Shown one piece after another: positions 1 through 13,258 of a stretch of DNA of 64,000 nt (position 1 is its first letter; each line of letters starts with the position of its first letter). A program made the position numbers and the translations under genes. The DNA lies in assembly GCA_964252035.1 (NCBI GenBank), contig OZ176201.1, one strand, 5' to 3'. The notes below the pieces were generated by a model. The model did no database searches. It was not told the origin of the DNA and saw only the letters and a list, made by a program, of their open reading frames with translations. Source of the stretch: Podarcis erhardii. Taxonomy: Eukaryota.

Positions 1-1926
1 GGAGACACTTTTATAAAAGGAGTTAAAGCAATATATATAGAGAATCACAGCAAAATCGATAGTAAATAACGTACTGACTATTGTAAGATTACTGAAGCTA
101 CTAGACAAGGTTGTCTACTGTCACCTTTATTGTTTATATTAGCTTTAGAAGTTTTGGTGCAAAGAATAAGATGTAATCAATAAATTAAAGGGGAAAGGGT
201 GGGACAGAGACAATACAAATTAAAAGCATTTGCAGATGACGTGGTCATATCTGTAGAAGAACCAATAGAGTCGATTCTGAAAGCATTAGAAGAGATTTTA
301 AAAATGGAAAAATAGCAAGGCTTAAAATTAATAAAGATAAAACCAAGCTCCTGGTAAAGAACATGAATGATGAAAGTAAAAATAAATTACAAAATATATC
401 AGGTCTAAAGATCAAAAAGAAGGTTAAGTATTTAGGTGCATGGTTAACAACAAAGAAAATAAATCTATATAAAGATAATTTTTTAAAAAACCTGGGAAAA
501 TGTCAAAAGAAATTTGCAAATATGGGATAGAATTAAACATTTGTTGCTGGGTAGAATGTTGACTATAAAGATGAATGTATTACCAAGAATGCTAATTTTG
601 TTTCAATCAATACCGCCAATTGGCAAGACAGATTACCTGGCAATCTGGCTATATCTGGCAAGGGGGGAAAAACAAGAATAAAATATAAAATACTGATAGA
701 CACGAAAGAGAGAGGAGGTTTCTCCCTGCCAGATATGAGATTATATTATGAAGCATCTTGTCTGTGCTGGTTGAAGGAACAGTTGCTGTTGTAGAATCTG
801 CATTGTTTAGATTTAGAAGCTCACAATAATATTTTTGGTTGGCATGCTTCTTTGTGGTATGAAAAGGTGAAAGTACATGAAGGTTTTACAAACCATATAA
901 TTGTGAAAAAATGGTATAGCATATGGGATAAATATAAAAAAATACTGGAAACTAAAATACCACTTTAGCTTTCACCCTTGGAAGCCATAGCAATGAAAAA
1001 GAAAAATATGGTGGAAAGTTGGGCAACTTTTAGAAATTTACTAAGAGAGAAAGGTGGAGAATTTAAATTAAAAGAGTTTAAGGATTTACCAGGAATGTTA
1101 ACAACATGGTTACAATATCATCATTTGAAGGAAACATTTTAAAAGGATATGAAGTGGGGGATTGAGGAACAACTATCACAATTAGAGAGCAACCTCTTAA
1201 ATTGTAATGTTAAAGTGATGTCTAAAATGTACAAAATGTTATTGGAATGGGAGACAAAGGATGAACAAATGAAATCTTCAGTGATACATTGGGCAATAGA
1301 TATTGGTCATAACATGGGAACGATTATTGAATACAGATATAAAATTTACAGCGTGTTATGGTTTAAAAGAAAATTATATGAAAATGCTATATAGATGGTA
1401 CCTAACACAATGTATAAATCAAAGTCGAATAAGTGTTGGAAATGTAAAGAGAAAGAAGGCACCTTTTTCACATGTGGTGGTCTTGTAACAAGGTTAAAGC
1501 TTACTGGGAAATGATATATAATGAACTGAAAAAGATGTTTAAGATAACATTCGTAAAAAAACAACCCAGAAGCTTTTCTCTTGGCAATTATAGGATTAGA
1601 ACTACCCAAACAATATAGAAATTTATTCATGTATGTGACTACAACTGCAAGAATGTTATTTGCCCAAAAGTGGAAGGAAGAAGAGGAGATTGGTTGCAGA
1701 AACTAATGGAGTAGCAGAAATGGCGAAACTTACCAGAAGAGTAAGAAATCAAGATAACAAACTTTTTAGAAAGGAATGGAATGCAATTTGTAGGAAAGGA
1801 TGGAAATAAATGTAAAGAACCACAGAAAGAGGGGGAAGGAAGTTGATTGAAATTGAAAATGTTAAAACTTGGTTAGATAATTGTTGGAACGTATATAAAT
1901 GAAAATTATAAATATTTTTAAATAAA
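1..1926 (+). mobile_element. Decayed L1/Tx1-clade LINE: 3' part of ORF2 (RT and C-terminal Cys motif) plus 3' UTR; runs off the left edge
   Basis: Translations TRQGCLLSPLLF (~100-135), AFADD (226-240), KYLG (~425) and CWKCKEKEGTFFHMWWSC (~1434-1487) are L1-type ORF2 motifs. The frame is broken by stops and frameshifts; AATAAA at 1921. Confidence 0.85.
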
Positions 1927-2989
1927 TCACACTGCTTTAGTTCCCAACTTTCTTTCTGTGAAGGATTCCTATCATGAAATGTCCTCCTCTACCTTCCTGA
2001 TCATCCTGCACCCTCTGAAAAAAACTGCTTCTGGAGGTTAAAATACCTATAGGAATAATGTTAATTATGGCACAGGAACTGCAGGTTGAAGGAGGAATTA
2101 GCAGAATTGCACTTTCTTTTGTAAACAAAGGAACAGCTTGGGTCCCAAGCTATTCATTAATAATAATAATTCTGATCTACAAAAGCATCTTTCAGGTTTC
2201 CTGAATGTTCCAAAATAAGAAACTTCATTTCCTTTCTTCCCTGCAATGCAAATTATTTATAACCCTGATGTATACATTATTAAAGGCCAGTAAAATAGTT
2301 ATTTAGGCGACAATTCTATGCTTGCTTACTTACTTGGAATAAAGTCTCATTGAGCTCAGTGGGACTTATTTCTGAGTAAACCTGTGCAAGTTTTGCAATG
2401 TTAAAAATAAATCTCCTATATTGGCATAACAAACTGTTCTCCGGTAAAGCTTGTAAATGAAGACTTAAGAAATCTAAGGCAGGGCGTTGGAGGGAGGGTT
2501 AACTGTCATGAAAGAACAAATAGACTCACTGAGCTGTCAGGCAGAATCAAAGGTTAATTTACTAGGGTTTAGCATTTGTAGAGCTGCTTTTATGCCACCT
2601 ATAATTTTTCTTAATGTCAGTTACGACAGATAATGCTTAGCTAACCTTGAGCAGCTAACAGTAATGCACATTACAGTCTGTTGGGTTTCCCCCCCCCCCC
2701 AAAACACACACACACCAAGGGGAGGGGAGAGGGGGAATTGTACCACCGCAAGCTTCCCTTCCCACGGCTTATTATTATTCCATCCTCTAAACATTATTCA
2801 TTTCATCCCTGAGGGAAAAGATGTGGAGCAAGGAGGTGAGAAAACATAATTATTTGCCACCAGGAGAGCCTTTATGTGCTACTTAGTGGGATTTGTTAAA
2901 ACACACACACACACACACACAAATAGATTATATTAATACTCAACCATTTTGCCATATCTGTTTAAACGGCTTCCATTGTTTTTTTAGAA

Positions 2990-3123
2990 CAGCCTTCCTC
3001 AATCTTGTGCCCTCCAGATGTTTTTGATTACAGCTGTCATCATCTCTGCCTATGGGCCATGCTGGCTGGGACTGATGGGAGTTGTAGTTCAACATCTGGA
3101 GGGCACCCAGTTGAAGAACTCTG
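2990..3123. mobile_element. hAT-type palindromic MITE (ccctccagatg...gggagttgtagt family)
   Basis: Internal inverted arms ccctccagatg/catctggaggg; degenerate 8-bp flanks ttttagaa/ttctacaa. Confidence 0.7.
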
Positions 3124-3394
3124 TTCTACAATAAAGGCAATAGCAATCAATCTGTGAAGCATTGATTTGATTAAAGAGGGTGCTTGAATAAAAATGGTAA
3201 CATGTTCCTACTAGTATAATGTTTAAGGCAAAAGGATAGATGAAACAGGCTGAAGAGCCCACCAATAACAAGTGGTCAGTTTGGAACTTCTTCATTTAAG
3301 GGCCCTGCTTCCTTCACAAGCTGGATGGTGATAAAAGCAAGAAAATCAGTTGCAAAAACGTGTAGGCAACTGCCTTCCATGCTTCTTATTTAGA

Positions 3395-3521
3395 CTCTCA
3401 TTTATTGAAGGTTTTAAACAGAGTTTGGATGGCCATCTGCTATGGATGCTTTGAGATTCCTGTATTGCAGGGGGTTGGACTAGATGACTCTTAGCGTCCC
3501 TTCCAACTCTATGATTCTTAT
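3395..3521 (+). mobile_element. CR1 LINE 3'-end fragment
   Basis: ggttggactagatga...cccttccaactctatgattct is the CR1 3' terminus with an ATTCTATG-type tail. Confidence 0.75.
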
Positions 3522-4787
3522 GTCACATCACTGCCCTATCCCCCATGTCTCTAGTATAAGTCACGCCACCTCCTGGCCAGGTGTAAGTGTCAACATGCAG
3601 AGGGCCAGAAGGCCAATTGGCTAGCCCCAGCTGGGCCATCTCCTTCCAGCCGTCCTGCTGCGAAGACCCATTGGTCTCTGCTCCGATGTAAATCAGCGAC
3701 CCAGGCTTCAAAGCCAGGGCACACAATCAGCATATCAAACTGTGCACACAGAATAGGCGTGAGGCTTGTGAAAGCATACTACAACTACAGATTTATTAAT
3801 CGTAAATCAGGACAAAGAAACATGTCATTTCTCTCTTCATCTTCTCAGAGAGACAAGGAAAAACAAAAGCAATACACACAAAGGAAGTTTCCAGCAAGCT
3901 GTTTTGGAATGTAAACAGACATGTGACACGCAACAGTTCCACACGTCTGCTCCTTGAGGTGGAATAGAAATTCTCAACAATAAAGGGGGGAGAGAAGCAG
4001 GAGATGGGCTGAATCCCAAAGTACAGACCTCCTTTTTCCAGCTGGGACATCAGTCATGGAATCATTACAAACACTGCATTTTGCATTGCAATATTGCAGG
4101 ATTTTAACAGCCACACTACAACGGGTGCAGCTTTCAAGTTGTGTGAATTATTCTTTTGAAAGTGTTTACAACAGAACAAGCCCATCAAGATAAATCTGGA
4201 TTTAAAATGAGGCCTTTTGAAAGTTTCCATTTAAATCTAAGGCATCCCAATAGCACTGCATGTCAAGATAACAGCACTCTTGCCGACTGCTGGGGGGAGG
4301 GGATTGAGCAACACAATCACAGGCTATTTCTTTTCCATTTTGATGACTTGCCTGTCAGCAGCCAATATATGGCTGTACATATGCTTCATTCACGACAACT
4401 CAGAATGACTGGGAAACATCTGTAAAACTTATGTAAACCTCTCAACAGGTTTTAAATTCTAGCATTTAATACATTGTGAGCCCTATGTTGTTAATAAAAT
4501 ACTGCAACTCATTTGCCAGTCTAAAGAACCAATGTGATTTAGAACTGATTTGTCCCATGTGAGTAATAAAATGAAAGCTGTTAAAATCCCATTGTTAATA
4601 TTTAAGTGACTTCAGAACAGGGGAATCATGTCAGACTGGTGGAACCCTGGAAATCATTTAGCCACAGCTTTAGACTCAACTTTCCTGTTGATGTGCCCCA
4701 ATGTGCTAGTTCAAGGATCAATTATTTTTCAGTGATATATCAAACATTTCCTTTGGCAAACAAAGACTAACCTTGATCTGCATTTAG

Positions 4788-5503
4788 GCAAGAATAGCCA
4801 GATGCACAAATATAAGATGGGGCACATCTGGCTTGCCAGGAGTGCATGTGAAAAGGATCTATGGGTCTTAGTAGACCACAAACTTAACATGAGTTGCAGC
4901 AGCAAAAAAGCTAATGCTATTCTAGGTTGCATCAACAGAAGTACTGTATAAAGCTCAGAACAAGGACCATAATAGTCCTGCTATACTCTGCCTTGGTCAG
5001 ACCACACCTAGAGTACTTTGTCCAGTTCTGGGCACCACAATTTAAGAAGGATACTGACAAGCTGGAATGTGTGCAGAGGAGTGTGACAAAGATGATCAAG
5101 GGTCCGGAATTCAAGCCTTGAGGAACAGTTGGGGAAGCTGGGTATGTTTAGCATGGAAAAGAGGAGACTGAAAGGATATATGTTAGCCAATCCAGTATAT
5201 AAAGAGCTGTCACATGGGAAATGGAGCAAGTTTGCTTTCTCCTGCTTTGGAGGGTAGGACCTGAACCAATGGCTTCAAGTTACAAGAAATGAGATTGTAA
5301 CTAAACTTCAGGAAGAACTTTATGACAGTAAGAGCTGTTCAGTAGTGAAGCACACTCCCTCAAAGGTGGTGGACTCTACTTCCTTGGAGGTTTCAGAGCA
5401 GAGGTAGAAAGGCCATCCGTCATGGATGCTTTAGTTGGGATTCCTGTACTGCAGGGGTTGAGCAAAATTACCCTCAGGATTCCTCTACAATTCTATGATT
5501 CTT
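4788..5503 (+). mobile_element. 5'-truncated CR1 LINE (RT C-terminus and 3' UTR)
   Basis: [33 protein letters not shown] (ORF 4927-5121) is CR1 RT C-terminal sequence; ends in attctatgattct. Confidence 0.9.
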
Positions 5504-5562
5504 TGAAATGTTGCATGAAATGTAGGAACAATATAAGAATTCACTACCTTCATTTCAGTTGT

Positions 5563-5688
5563 CAGCCGTTCCCAACCTGGTGCCTTCCAAATGTTTTGGA
5601 CTTCAAATCCTATCAGCCACATCCAGCATGGCCAACAGTCAGGGAGTTGTAGTTCAAAACATCTAGAAGGTACCAGGATAGTCTGACT
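5563..5688. mobile_element. hAT-type MITE, degenerate
   Basis: ccttccaaatgttttggact...gggagttgtagttcaaaacatctagaagg inverted arms. Confidence 0.6.
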
Positions 5689-7578
5689 TAGATCAACATA
5701 TATGATAGTGGTGAAGAACCCTCCAACCCATAAGTTAAAGTAGACCCACCATCAGTCCCAATTGGGCATGTGAGGCCATTTTCTCCAAACCACACCCTCC
5801 TGCCTCAAGACCCACTGGGATCAGCTGTGCTACAGAACTTCTGATTGGGAACTCCATAGTGCAGCTGAATTCTATCCAAAGCAGGGCTTGCCAATCATCT
5901 GGGTGCCTTCATAAGATTTCCATGAGGATGTAACCGATAACAGCAGAGGGAGTTGGTGGGGGGACAGGATCAGAAAAGGGGAGAGGGATTGAATAGTAAG
6001 AGGCAATTGCAAGGCAAACTGCTAGAAAGGGAGAGATAGAGAAGTAAGGTGACAAGCAGCATCACAGTGATGCTTCAACATGCAAGAGGAATGGCTGAAT
6101 GCTGCCAAGAGGAAGAGAGAAATTTAGAGGCACAGAGAGAGACAAGTTGTACTGTTATACCTATCCTTTTGGGATATGTCAGATGCATACCAGAGGGAGG
6201 GAGAACTGGTTCTGCAGCATTAGGGCAGATAAATAATAATAATGGGTGAAGCTGCGATTTCCAGGCAACGGCTAGGCAATGGCCTAGCAGAATTGTGGGG
6301 TGCAGCTAAACAAAATAGGCACCCAAAGCAGGATCTGGTTGGGGGGAGTAGCTACTGGCTGGACAGTTCTCAAGAAGAGGGTGAAAGTCTGAAAGTACAG
6401 TAGGGCTTCCAGCTGAGCAATTCAGAAGAGTGGGTAATGTAGAAACTGCAACAATAACACGCAAAGGAGGAGGGAGCAAAGAAGATCCTTGAGAGCTCAG
6501 GGATCCATGACAAGTATTAGTCCTAGAAAACAAACAGCAACAGAACCCACTTGGCCAGCTTTCAAAATGCTTCATCAGACTGCATCCTTAGTTTCAGGAT
6601 ACCTTCCCAAAAAGAGTACCACATCAATAGGAAGGCCAGCCTGACCCTAGCCATTGGCCAAGAAGGAGCAGCTCAAGATAACTGGCTTCTCTGATCTTGA
6701 AAGAAAGAAATCTGTTTCCATTGTCAATTGTCTTGTTACTGCAGAAGCAAGAAAAGTGTCCCCCTGGCCCCTATAATCATTCAGAAGACCCAAACCAATT
6801 GGGAAATGCAATCCTAACAAGAACACCAAGAAAATATTATCAGTCTGGCCCCAGCTGAATGCAGATGCCTTTTAACAACTCTCCTTTTTGTTCCGACATT
6901 GTCAAAACCAGTCTTCCCCATCCACCATTTTCTATCACCTTTTGTGATAGGAGTCTCGTCCTTTTGTTTGCAAGCCTGGGGATCAGGGGCTGTGTCTGTT
7001 TGTGGCTTATGTACAGCACTGACATAATGCAGGCACTCTGGGAGGAAAAAATCACAATAATGTTATTAATATTCTTACAAACATCATTCAAAGGTTTTCA
7101 TTTCATTTTCAGCCCATCAGAGTGACACTGGTGAGCATTCAGTGGTAAATGCATGAATCCAAATGAAGTGCTCAGTATAACAGGCCAGGTCCTTTAAACA
7201 ATAGTGAGAGGGGAAGGAAATTAAAAAATGCTGGCTCCAGCAGGTTAATTGGGACAAATGAGGTGAAATAATAAAGGCAAGGACATGGAAGGACAACTCT
7301 TTAGAAATATTTGGAAACATAATTCATGTACTGCCCATAGGGTAGAAATGGATAGAATATAAATGTATAAGTCACTGTGTCAGAAACAAAACTTATTAGA
7401 GTCCTTGCATGTTTTGATTTGTACAGTAATTTTCTGTATACAACATGGAATGACCCAGAAAGCAGCCATCTCAACCCTATTCAGGAGGATCACATTCAGT
7501 GCTTCCACTATACACTCAGATTAGCAATGAGCGTAGAACCTAAATGCATATGTGAGTGAATGCATGGAGGCTCTCTAC

Positions 7579-7714
7579 TGGGATGGAGAACCTGTGGTCC
7601 TTGAGATGGACTACAACTCCCATCATCCCTGAGCATTGACCCCATACTGGGTGGGGGTTGGGCTGATGGGAGTCGCAGTCTAACCATGCCTGGAGGGCTA
7701 CAGATCTTCCATTC
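7579..7714. mobile_element. hAT-type MITE, degenerate
   Basis: Core ggactacaactcccatcatccc...gatgggagtcgcagtc. Confidence 0.6.
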
Positions 7715-7984
7715 TTACTGTATTCTGTCATTAATCTGAATATGTGTAGACTGGGAGTATGGCTTTGCAAACAAGCCTGGCCTTGTGTTTCTGTAAATCG
7801 AACAAGAGTGGTTACCAGTTGGGCCACTTCACACAGCAAAATGTCTCAGATCAGCCCTGCATCTTAACTTCTGGGCTCAGGAGTTCAGCCAATTTACAAG
7901 TCGCATTAGACTTTCCTCTGATTTTGTGTTTGTGTGTGTGTTGTTATTACATATATATCTCACCTTCCCTCCAAGGAGATCATG

Positions 7985-8146
7985 GTGGCATAAATGGTTC
8001 TCCCCCCTCTCCGTTTTATTTTCGCAACAACTCTGTGAGGTAGGTTTGGCTGAGACACTGACTGGCAGCAAGCTTCATGGCCAAGTGGGTATCTGACAAC
8101 TTTGTCTCCCAAGTCCTAGGCCAGCACTCTAACCACTACACTACGC
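7985..8146 (-). mobile_element. MIR-like (CORE-type) SINE fragment
   Basis: caacaactctgtgaggtagg...ctctaaccactacactac; the right end is the reverse complement of a tRNA-like A-box head. Confidence 0.6.
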
Positions 8147-8314
8147 TAATGATGTTGACATCCATCTGTTTCATGAGATGTAAGTGATGCAAGTTCACTG
8201 AATAATACATGGTGTTAGCTCCTATGTAGCCTACAAATAAATAGGTACCGGGGTCTACAGTCTAAGGCTTATCTAAGGCTGCAGTCTTAAACTACACAAA
8301 ATTAAATTTAAAAT

Positions 8315-8317
<3 letters not shown>

Positions 8318-8366
<49 letters not shown>
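8318..8366. repeat. (AG)n microsatellite
   Basis: Perfect AG dinucleotide run. Confidence 0.95.
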
Positions 8367-8369
<3 letters not shown>

Positions 8370-9721
8370 CCAAGTTCCAGGAGATCCCTGACTTGGATGA
8401 CTACAGATGCAAGTCTTGGCAAGGTGGTTCTTTGGTTGCTCTCAATAGAATCATTGCTGGTCCTACTCAGTCCCACTGAGGTTAATAAACACAACTAACT
8501 CAGGTCCATTACTTTAAATGGGTCTGCTTTGTGTAGAACTTAATTGGATTCAAACAACACAGCGCATTTAAGGCTAAGGTTGAATCAGCTCCTTTTTGGT
8601 CTGAAATATGGGGTTTCCTTAAAAAATTCAGAAACTTGAAAATGATCAGAAATAAATACTATAATGATTTAAACTACACTTAAGACTGAGCATTTAAGAT
8701 TAACAAAATGGAGCAATACCCAAATTCTATCCTTTCAATTTGGATTTGTAATAAAAACAGATTTGCTCAGTTACATGATTTCTCCCTTGCATATTTAAAC
8801 TCTTTCAGCCTGTTGGAGTGCACACTGCAATCATAAACATATGCAAGGAACCAAGCTCCACTCAAAGCAGTGAAATTTAATTCCATGCCAGCATGCTTAG
8901 AATTAAACTGTTAATCTTAGCTAAGGACCAGAACTCATGAAAATTCCAAACAATTTTGCTTATGTGGGAAGTTTCTATTTTTCCACTGTGATTCTTATCC
9001 AAGAAAGAGAATTTGCAGAATTAGCAAATTCTGGAGGTCATTTACTATTCTGTTTGCAAACCATTCCAGTAACAGCCTGGCAAGTCAGCTTTCTATTATT
9101 CCTCTTAAAAGCAAGATAGATCCATTATGCCACCAGTATCTGCCATCCATCATGCATTTATATTAATATATCAGAAAGGAATTGTTTGATTGAGTTGTAC
9201 AAAGACCAAAGTTCCTCCTGGTCTCTAAATTCTAAAGTAGAGCTATTCTTAAATGTTAAAGGAAGCGAGGAGCTAACTTTGTATCAGCTGAAGCAATACT
9301 GTAATCCATTTATTTAACAGAATGTGCTTTTGCCATAAGGGAGATGGCCTATTTGGGGGCATAGGAGAGATCTTTCTTTATTTTTGAATGCTTTATTATG
9401 TATTTAATGGAATTTTGTGTTGACAAGGCTTTGCAATCATCACCACTGCTGTGATTGTGTACTACATTGTCATCGTTCATCAGCAATACAACATGCAGCT
9501 TGATTTGATTCAGTGCCTTGTGTGCAATACTAAGTATAAAGTCTGTTAAAGTCTAATTTATCTACAGTGAATTATCCTGAGTAGGGTGCACTACTGAGTG
9601 ATTGTTCTAATTTTTGTTAAGAGCTATAAGTGCAGAACCAGAATAAAGCACAATGATTTTGATGAGACTGGGAACAAAAGGAATATTGCTTGCCTTTCTT
9701 TGCCAAATGACTGTCACAGAA

Positions 9722-9754
<33 letters not shown>
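9722..9754. repeat. (CT)n(CA)n compound microsatellite
   Basis: Seen directly. Confidence 0.9.
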
Positions 9755-10839
9755 GCCAAATTTGCATTTATTTTGTTCTCTATTACATTAACGAAAGATA
9801 AAATAAAAATAAAAGCCATAGCTACCAGCAGTTTGTTTTCTGGATGTGATTTCTCTGTGGCTTTGAACAGTCCCAGGGCTAGAAGACATTCATCTCCATG
9901 AGGTCCTAATGAAATCCAGCTAGTCACAATGTCTTTTGATAGCCTTGACACTCTTCCCTCTGTCAGTTGCTGTATGAATTATTTGTTGTTTCTGAGCAAG
10001 TCTTATGAGCGTCCCTCTGTGAGACACACAGCTTCCCAGAGCTGGAAATATTTTGTGGCTCTCTTTCATCATAGTGTTATTCACATCCGACTCATAAGAC
10101 GTCAGGGACGGCATTTTCTGATATCACAGAATTGTTTCGTGTTGCTTGCTCTGGAACTCTTAATGACAAACAGATTCATTCAGGGTGTGTGCACATTACT
10201 ACCTTAAGAGCAGAGTGAAGTTGTTTTTTTCAATCTGTTTCACAGCCCATCTGCCCGTCCACCCACCTCCCCCCCCCCACCATCTGGTTACATCAACATG
10301 GCTTCATTAGTGTCGGATTCATTTCTGTTTATGCACCTGCCATGGGGCATTGACAGGGTGATGATATATTTACAATGGTGTTCACACCTTGGCTAAAGAC
10401 AAATTAGGAACAGCTTACAGACTTCAGTCGGTGTGAAGCTGGTTTGAGAAACACATCAAATGGTAGAATCTTATTAAAAAGCAGAGGATACATATGCATT
10501 TTGGATAAGGTTGTGTGAACATGGATTAAAGACCCAGCATTAGAAACACAGTGAGTGCACAGTAAACAGGTCTGTGAACACATCCTCATAATCTAGAATA
10601 GTAAATTTGTGCATTTACACTTGTAGCCAGCAAAAGGTAGTTGTGCAAGTACGTATCTCCATGATTTGTAGCAGCTCCACAAGAGTTTCCACTTCCCTCT
10701 TGTTTTAACAATAGCAACAATATAATGGGTTTCTGCCACCATGACAAGCCTTTTAAATTAAATTGATAAAATTAAGCAAGTTTGGGAGAAAACCAGTAAT
10801 GGAGTTCTCTGTGAAAGAGCAGCAGGCTTAGTTCTGGTA

Positions 10840-11065
10840 CAGTGGTACCTCGGGTTAAGAACTTAATTCGTTCTGGAGGTCCGTTCTTAACCTGAAACTG
10901 TTCTTAACCTGAGATACCACTTTAGCTAATGGGGCCTCCCGCCGCCACCACACCACCGCCACACATTTTCTGTTCTCATCCTGAAGCAAAGTTCTAAACC
11001 CGAAGTACTATTTCTGGGTTAGCGGAGTCTGTAACCTGAAGCGTCTGTAACCTGAGGTACCAGTG
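10840..11065. mobile_element. Tc1/mariner (pogo/Tigger-like) MITE
   Basis: TIRs cagtggtacctc/gaggtaccagtg flanked by TA on both sides. Confidence 0.85.
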
Positions 11066-11127
11066 TACTGAGAACATATTATCTCAGAGGTGCCAGGTCC
11101 CACACTGCCCTCCAAGTCCCCATAAGT

Positions 11128-11263
11128 CAGGCATAGGCAAAATTGGCCCTCCAGATGTTTTGGGACTACAACTCCCATGATCCCCAGCTAACAGGACCAG
11201 TGGTCAGGGATGATGGGAATTGTAGTCCCAAAACATCTGGAGGGCCAAGTTTGCCTACGCCTG
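11128..11263. mobile_element. hAT MITE with perfect 8-bp TSD
   Basis: TIRs caggcataggcaaa/tttgcctacgcctg; TSD ccataagt at 11120-11127 and 11264-11271. Confidence 0.9.
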
Positions 11264-12212
11264 CCATAAGTCATAAGTTCTGGTTAGTAGACTTAAAGTT
11301 CTAGTAAAAAGGCAAATAGATCTCACATGCCTGAAGTGTGAATTTTGAAGGATAGCTGTGTTTTGGTCTGCATATTGTTTCAAGTTCAAGTTTGATGGAT
11401 TCACCTTTAAATGTGAACTGAATTAGATTTCTCCTCCATCACTAAGGTATCATTTGTGTTCTTTAACTAGTATTGGGAGCCATTGCCCACTCCTATGAAC
11501 TGCTATGTGAATGCCCATCTCCTGAGCCCTGGGCTATAACAGATTATAAACATGCAGTTTTAAAACCAACTTATTTTTTTGCTACTTGTTTGGTGTCTGC
11601 TGAGACATTAGCAGGAAGGTTTCAGAAAGTAAGTTATGGTCTGCATGCAATGCACGGCGGGAATTCCTCTCCTCTCCTGCCTCTCTTACCCGTGAAAGTT
11701 TCTGCTATTATAAATTTGATGGAGTCTTTAAGGTGTCATGGGACTCTTTATTGCTTTTGCTGAAGCAAAACAACAACCCCCCCACTCCCCGGAAACTGTA
11801 GCAATTTGTAGTTTTCCTTGAGCTTTCTCAAAGACCTTAGTCATTCCCCTAAGGAGCTGAAGACTTATCTTCACTTGCAGTTCCTCAAAGCCATTTTGAA
11901 ATGTGTCTGCGCTGCTGGGCTAATTCACTGACAATCTCTATGTGTATTTTAAAATCTCATCCTAGAGTGACAATGAGTGAGCAGCCCACAGGGCAAAATC
12001 AGCTTGTCTTTGAAATTTTCCATAGGCAAATGCAGGGGTGAGCATTCAGGCAGTAGTAGGCAGTAGCTGCAGATTGTCCATTTCTTAGCAATGAACCCTC
12101 TGAGAATTTCTTTTAGATGAATTCTCTCAATTTTCCTATCATTTTCATCACCGGGGCTGTAGTCATATGGCTCCTTAGTTTACCTAGATGTAGGCCTCAT
12201 AGAAGACAGTGG

Positions 12213-12450
12213 CATAATAGAATCATTGTGTTGGAAGGGGTCTCAAGGGTCTAGCCCCTAACAAGGCAGGAAACCCACAGATACCTGATATGTAACCAAC
12301 CTGCTTCTGATTAAAAACCTCTAACATAGGGCAGACCACCACCAATTGAGGCAGCGTGTTTCATAATCAAACACCTCATACTGTCGGGAAGTACTTCCTA
12401 AGTCTAAATCCTTTTCCTTGTAAATTGATTCAGATCCTAACCAATGGTCT
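12213..12450 (-). mobile_element. CR1 LINE 3' fragment
   Basis: Begins atagaatcat...ttggaaggg (reverse complement of the CR1 tail) and continues in CR1 3' UTR-like sequence. Confidence 0.7.
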
Positions 12451-13258
12451 GACATAGCATAAAATGCAGGATTTGTGATATGTGCTTCAGAACTCTTTTT
12501 ATTATTTTCCTGCATCTACTACATATTTTGGAAAGCTGTTTGTCCATTTAATATGCATTTGGACACCTCAGAACAGATCGTAAGCAAATTTGTTTTGTTT
12601 TTGTAAGTCACTTTGGGTTCACCTTTCTGAAAAAAGCAACTAAATAAGTAAATAAATAGAATAATAATTTTGCATTATGGTTCCTGAAATCAAGGAGCAA
12701 GAATCCATCTATGCTTGGGTGCAATTGGACTCCATTTTGAATCAAGATGGTGGATCAAACCTTTCAAAACTACACTGATCTTTACCACTGATTCCAAAAC
12801 TGCATTGATTTTTTGGTCTTAGAATTCCCAAACAACACTAGGTACAAGGCTGCTAGTGTTTTATATATGCAATTTATAATACAAACATACCCATTTACTA
12901 TTCATCTTTTTCTTGTTATCTATATTACATATCTAAGAGAAACAATAGCTCCATAAAAGTAGAAATATAGAAATCAACACTGTAATATGAATCATACATC
13001 TATTTTGTAACATGAACCAAAACAGAATCAGTTCAAATGCTGAATGGGAACTAAACTTATATTGACCTGAACATCCAAACTGCTAAACTCAAAGTGGAAC
13101 TGAGCTACAATATTTAGCAATGCTTTTCACTGGGGGGATATCCATTAGTACATTGTGCCACTTCTAATCTTTTGTGACTGCAAACAAAGGAAACAAAGTA
13201 TCCCCAAAGTTTATTACCAGAAAACTCAACCAATTCCCTAGTAACATTCTATATATAT

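Noticed and set aside
8313-8498. ORF with an ER dipeptide run
   Set aside because: Translation of the (AG)n microsatellite.
1-13250. DRD1 or another neighbouring gene expected from mammalian synteny
   Set aside because: No GPCR-like ORF or exon chain is visible; any neighbour lies outside the window.
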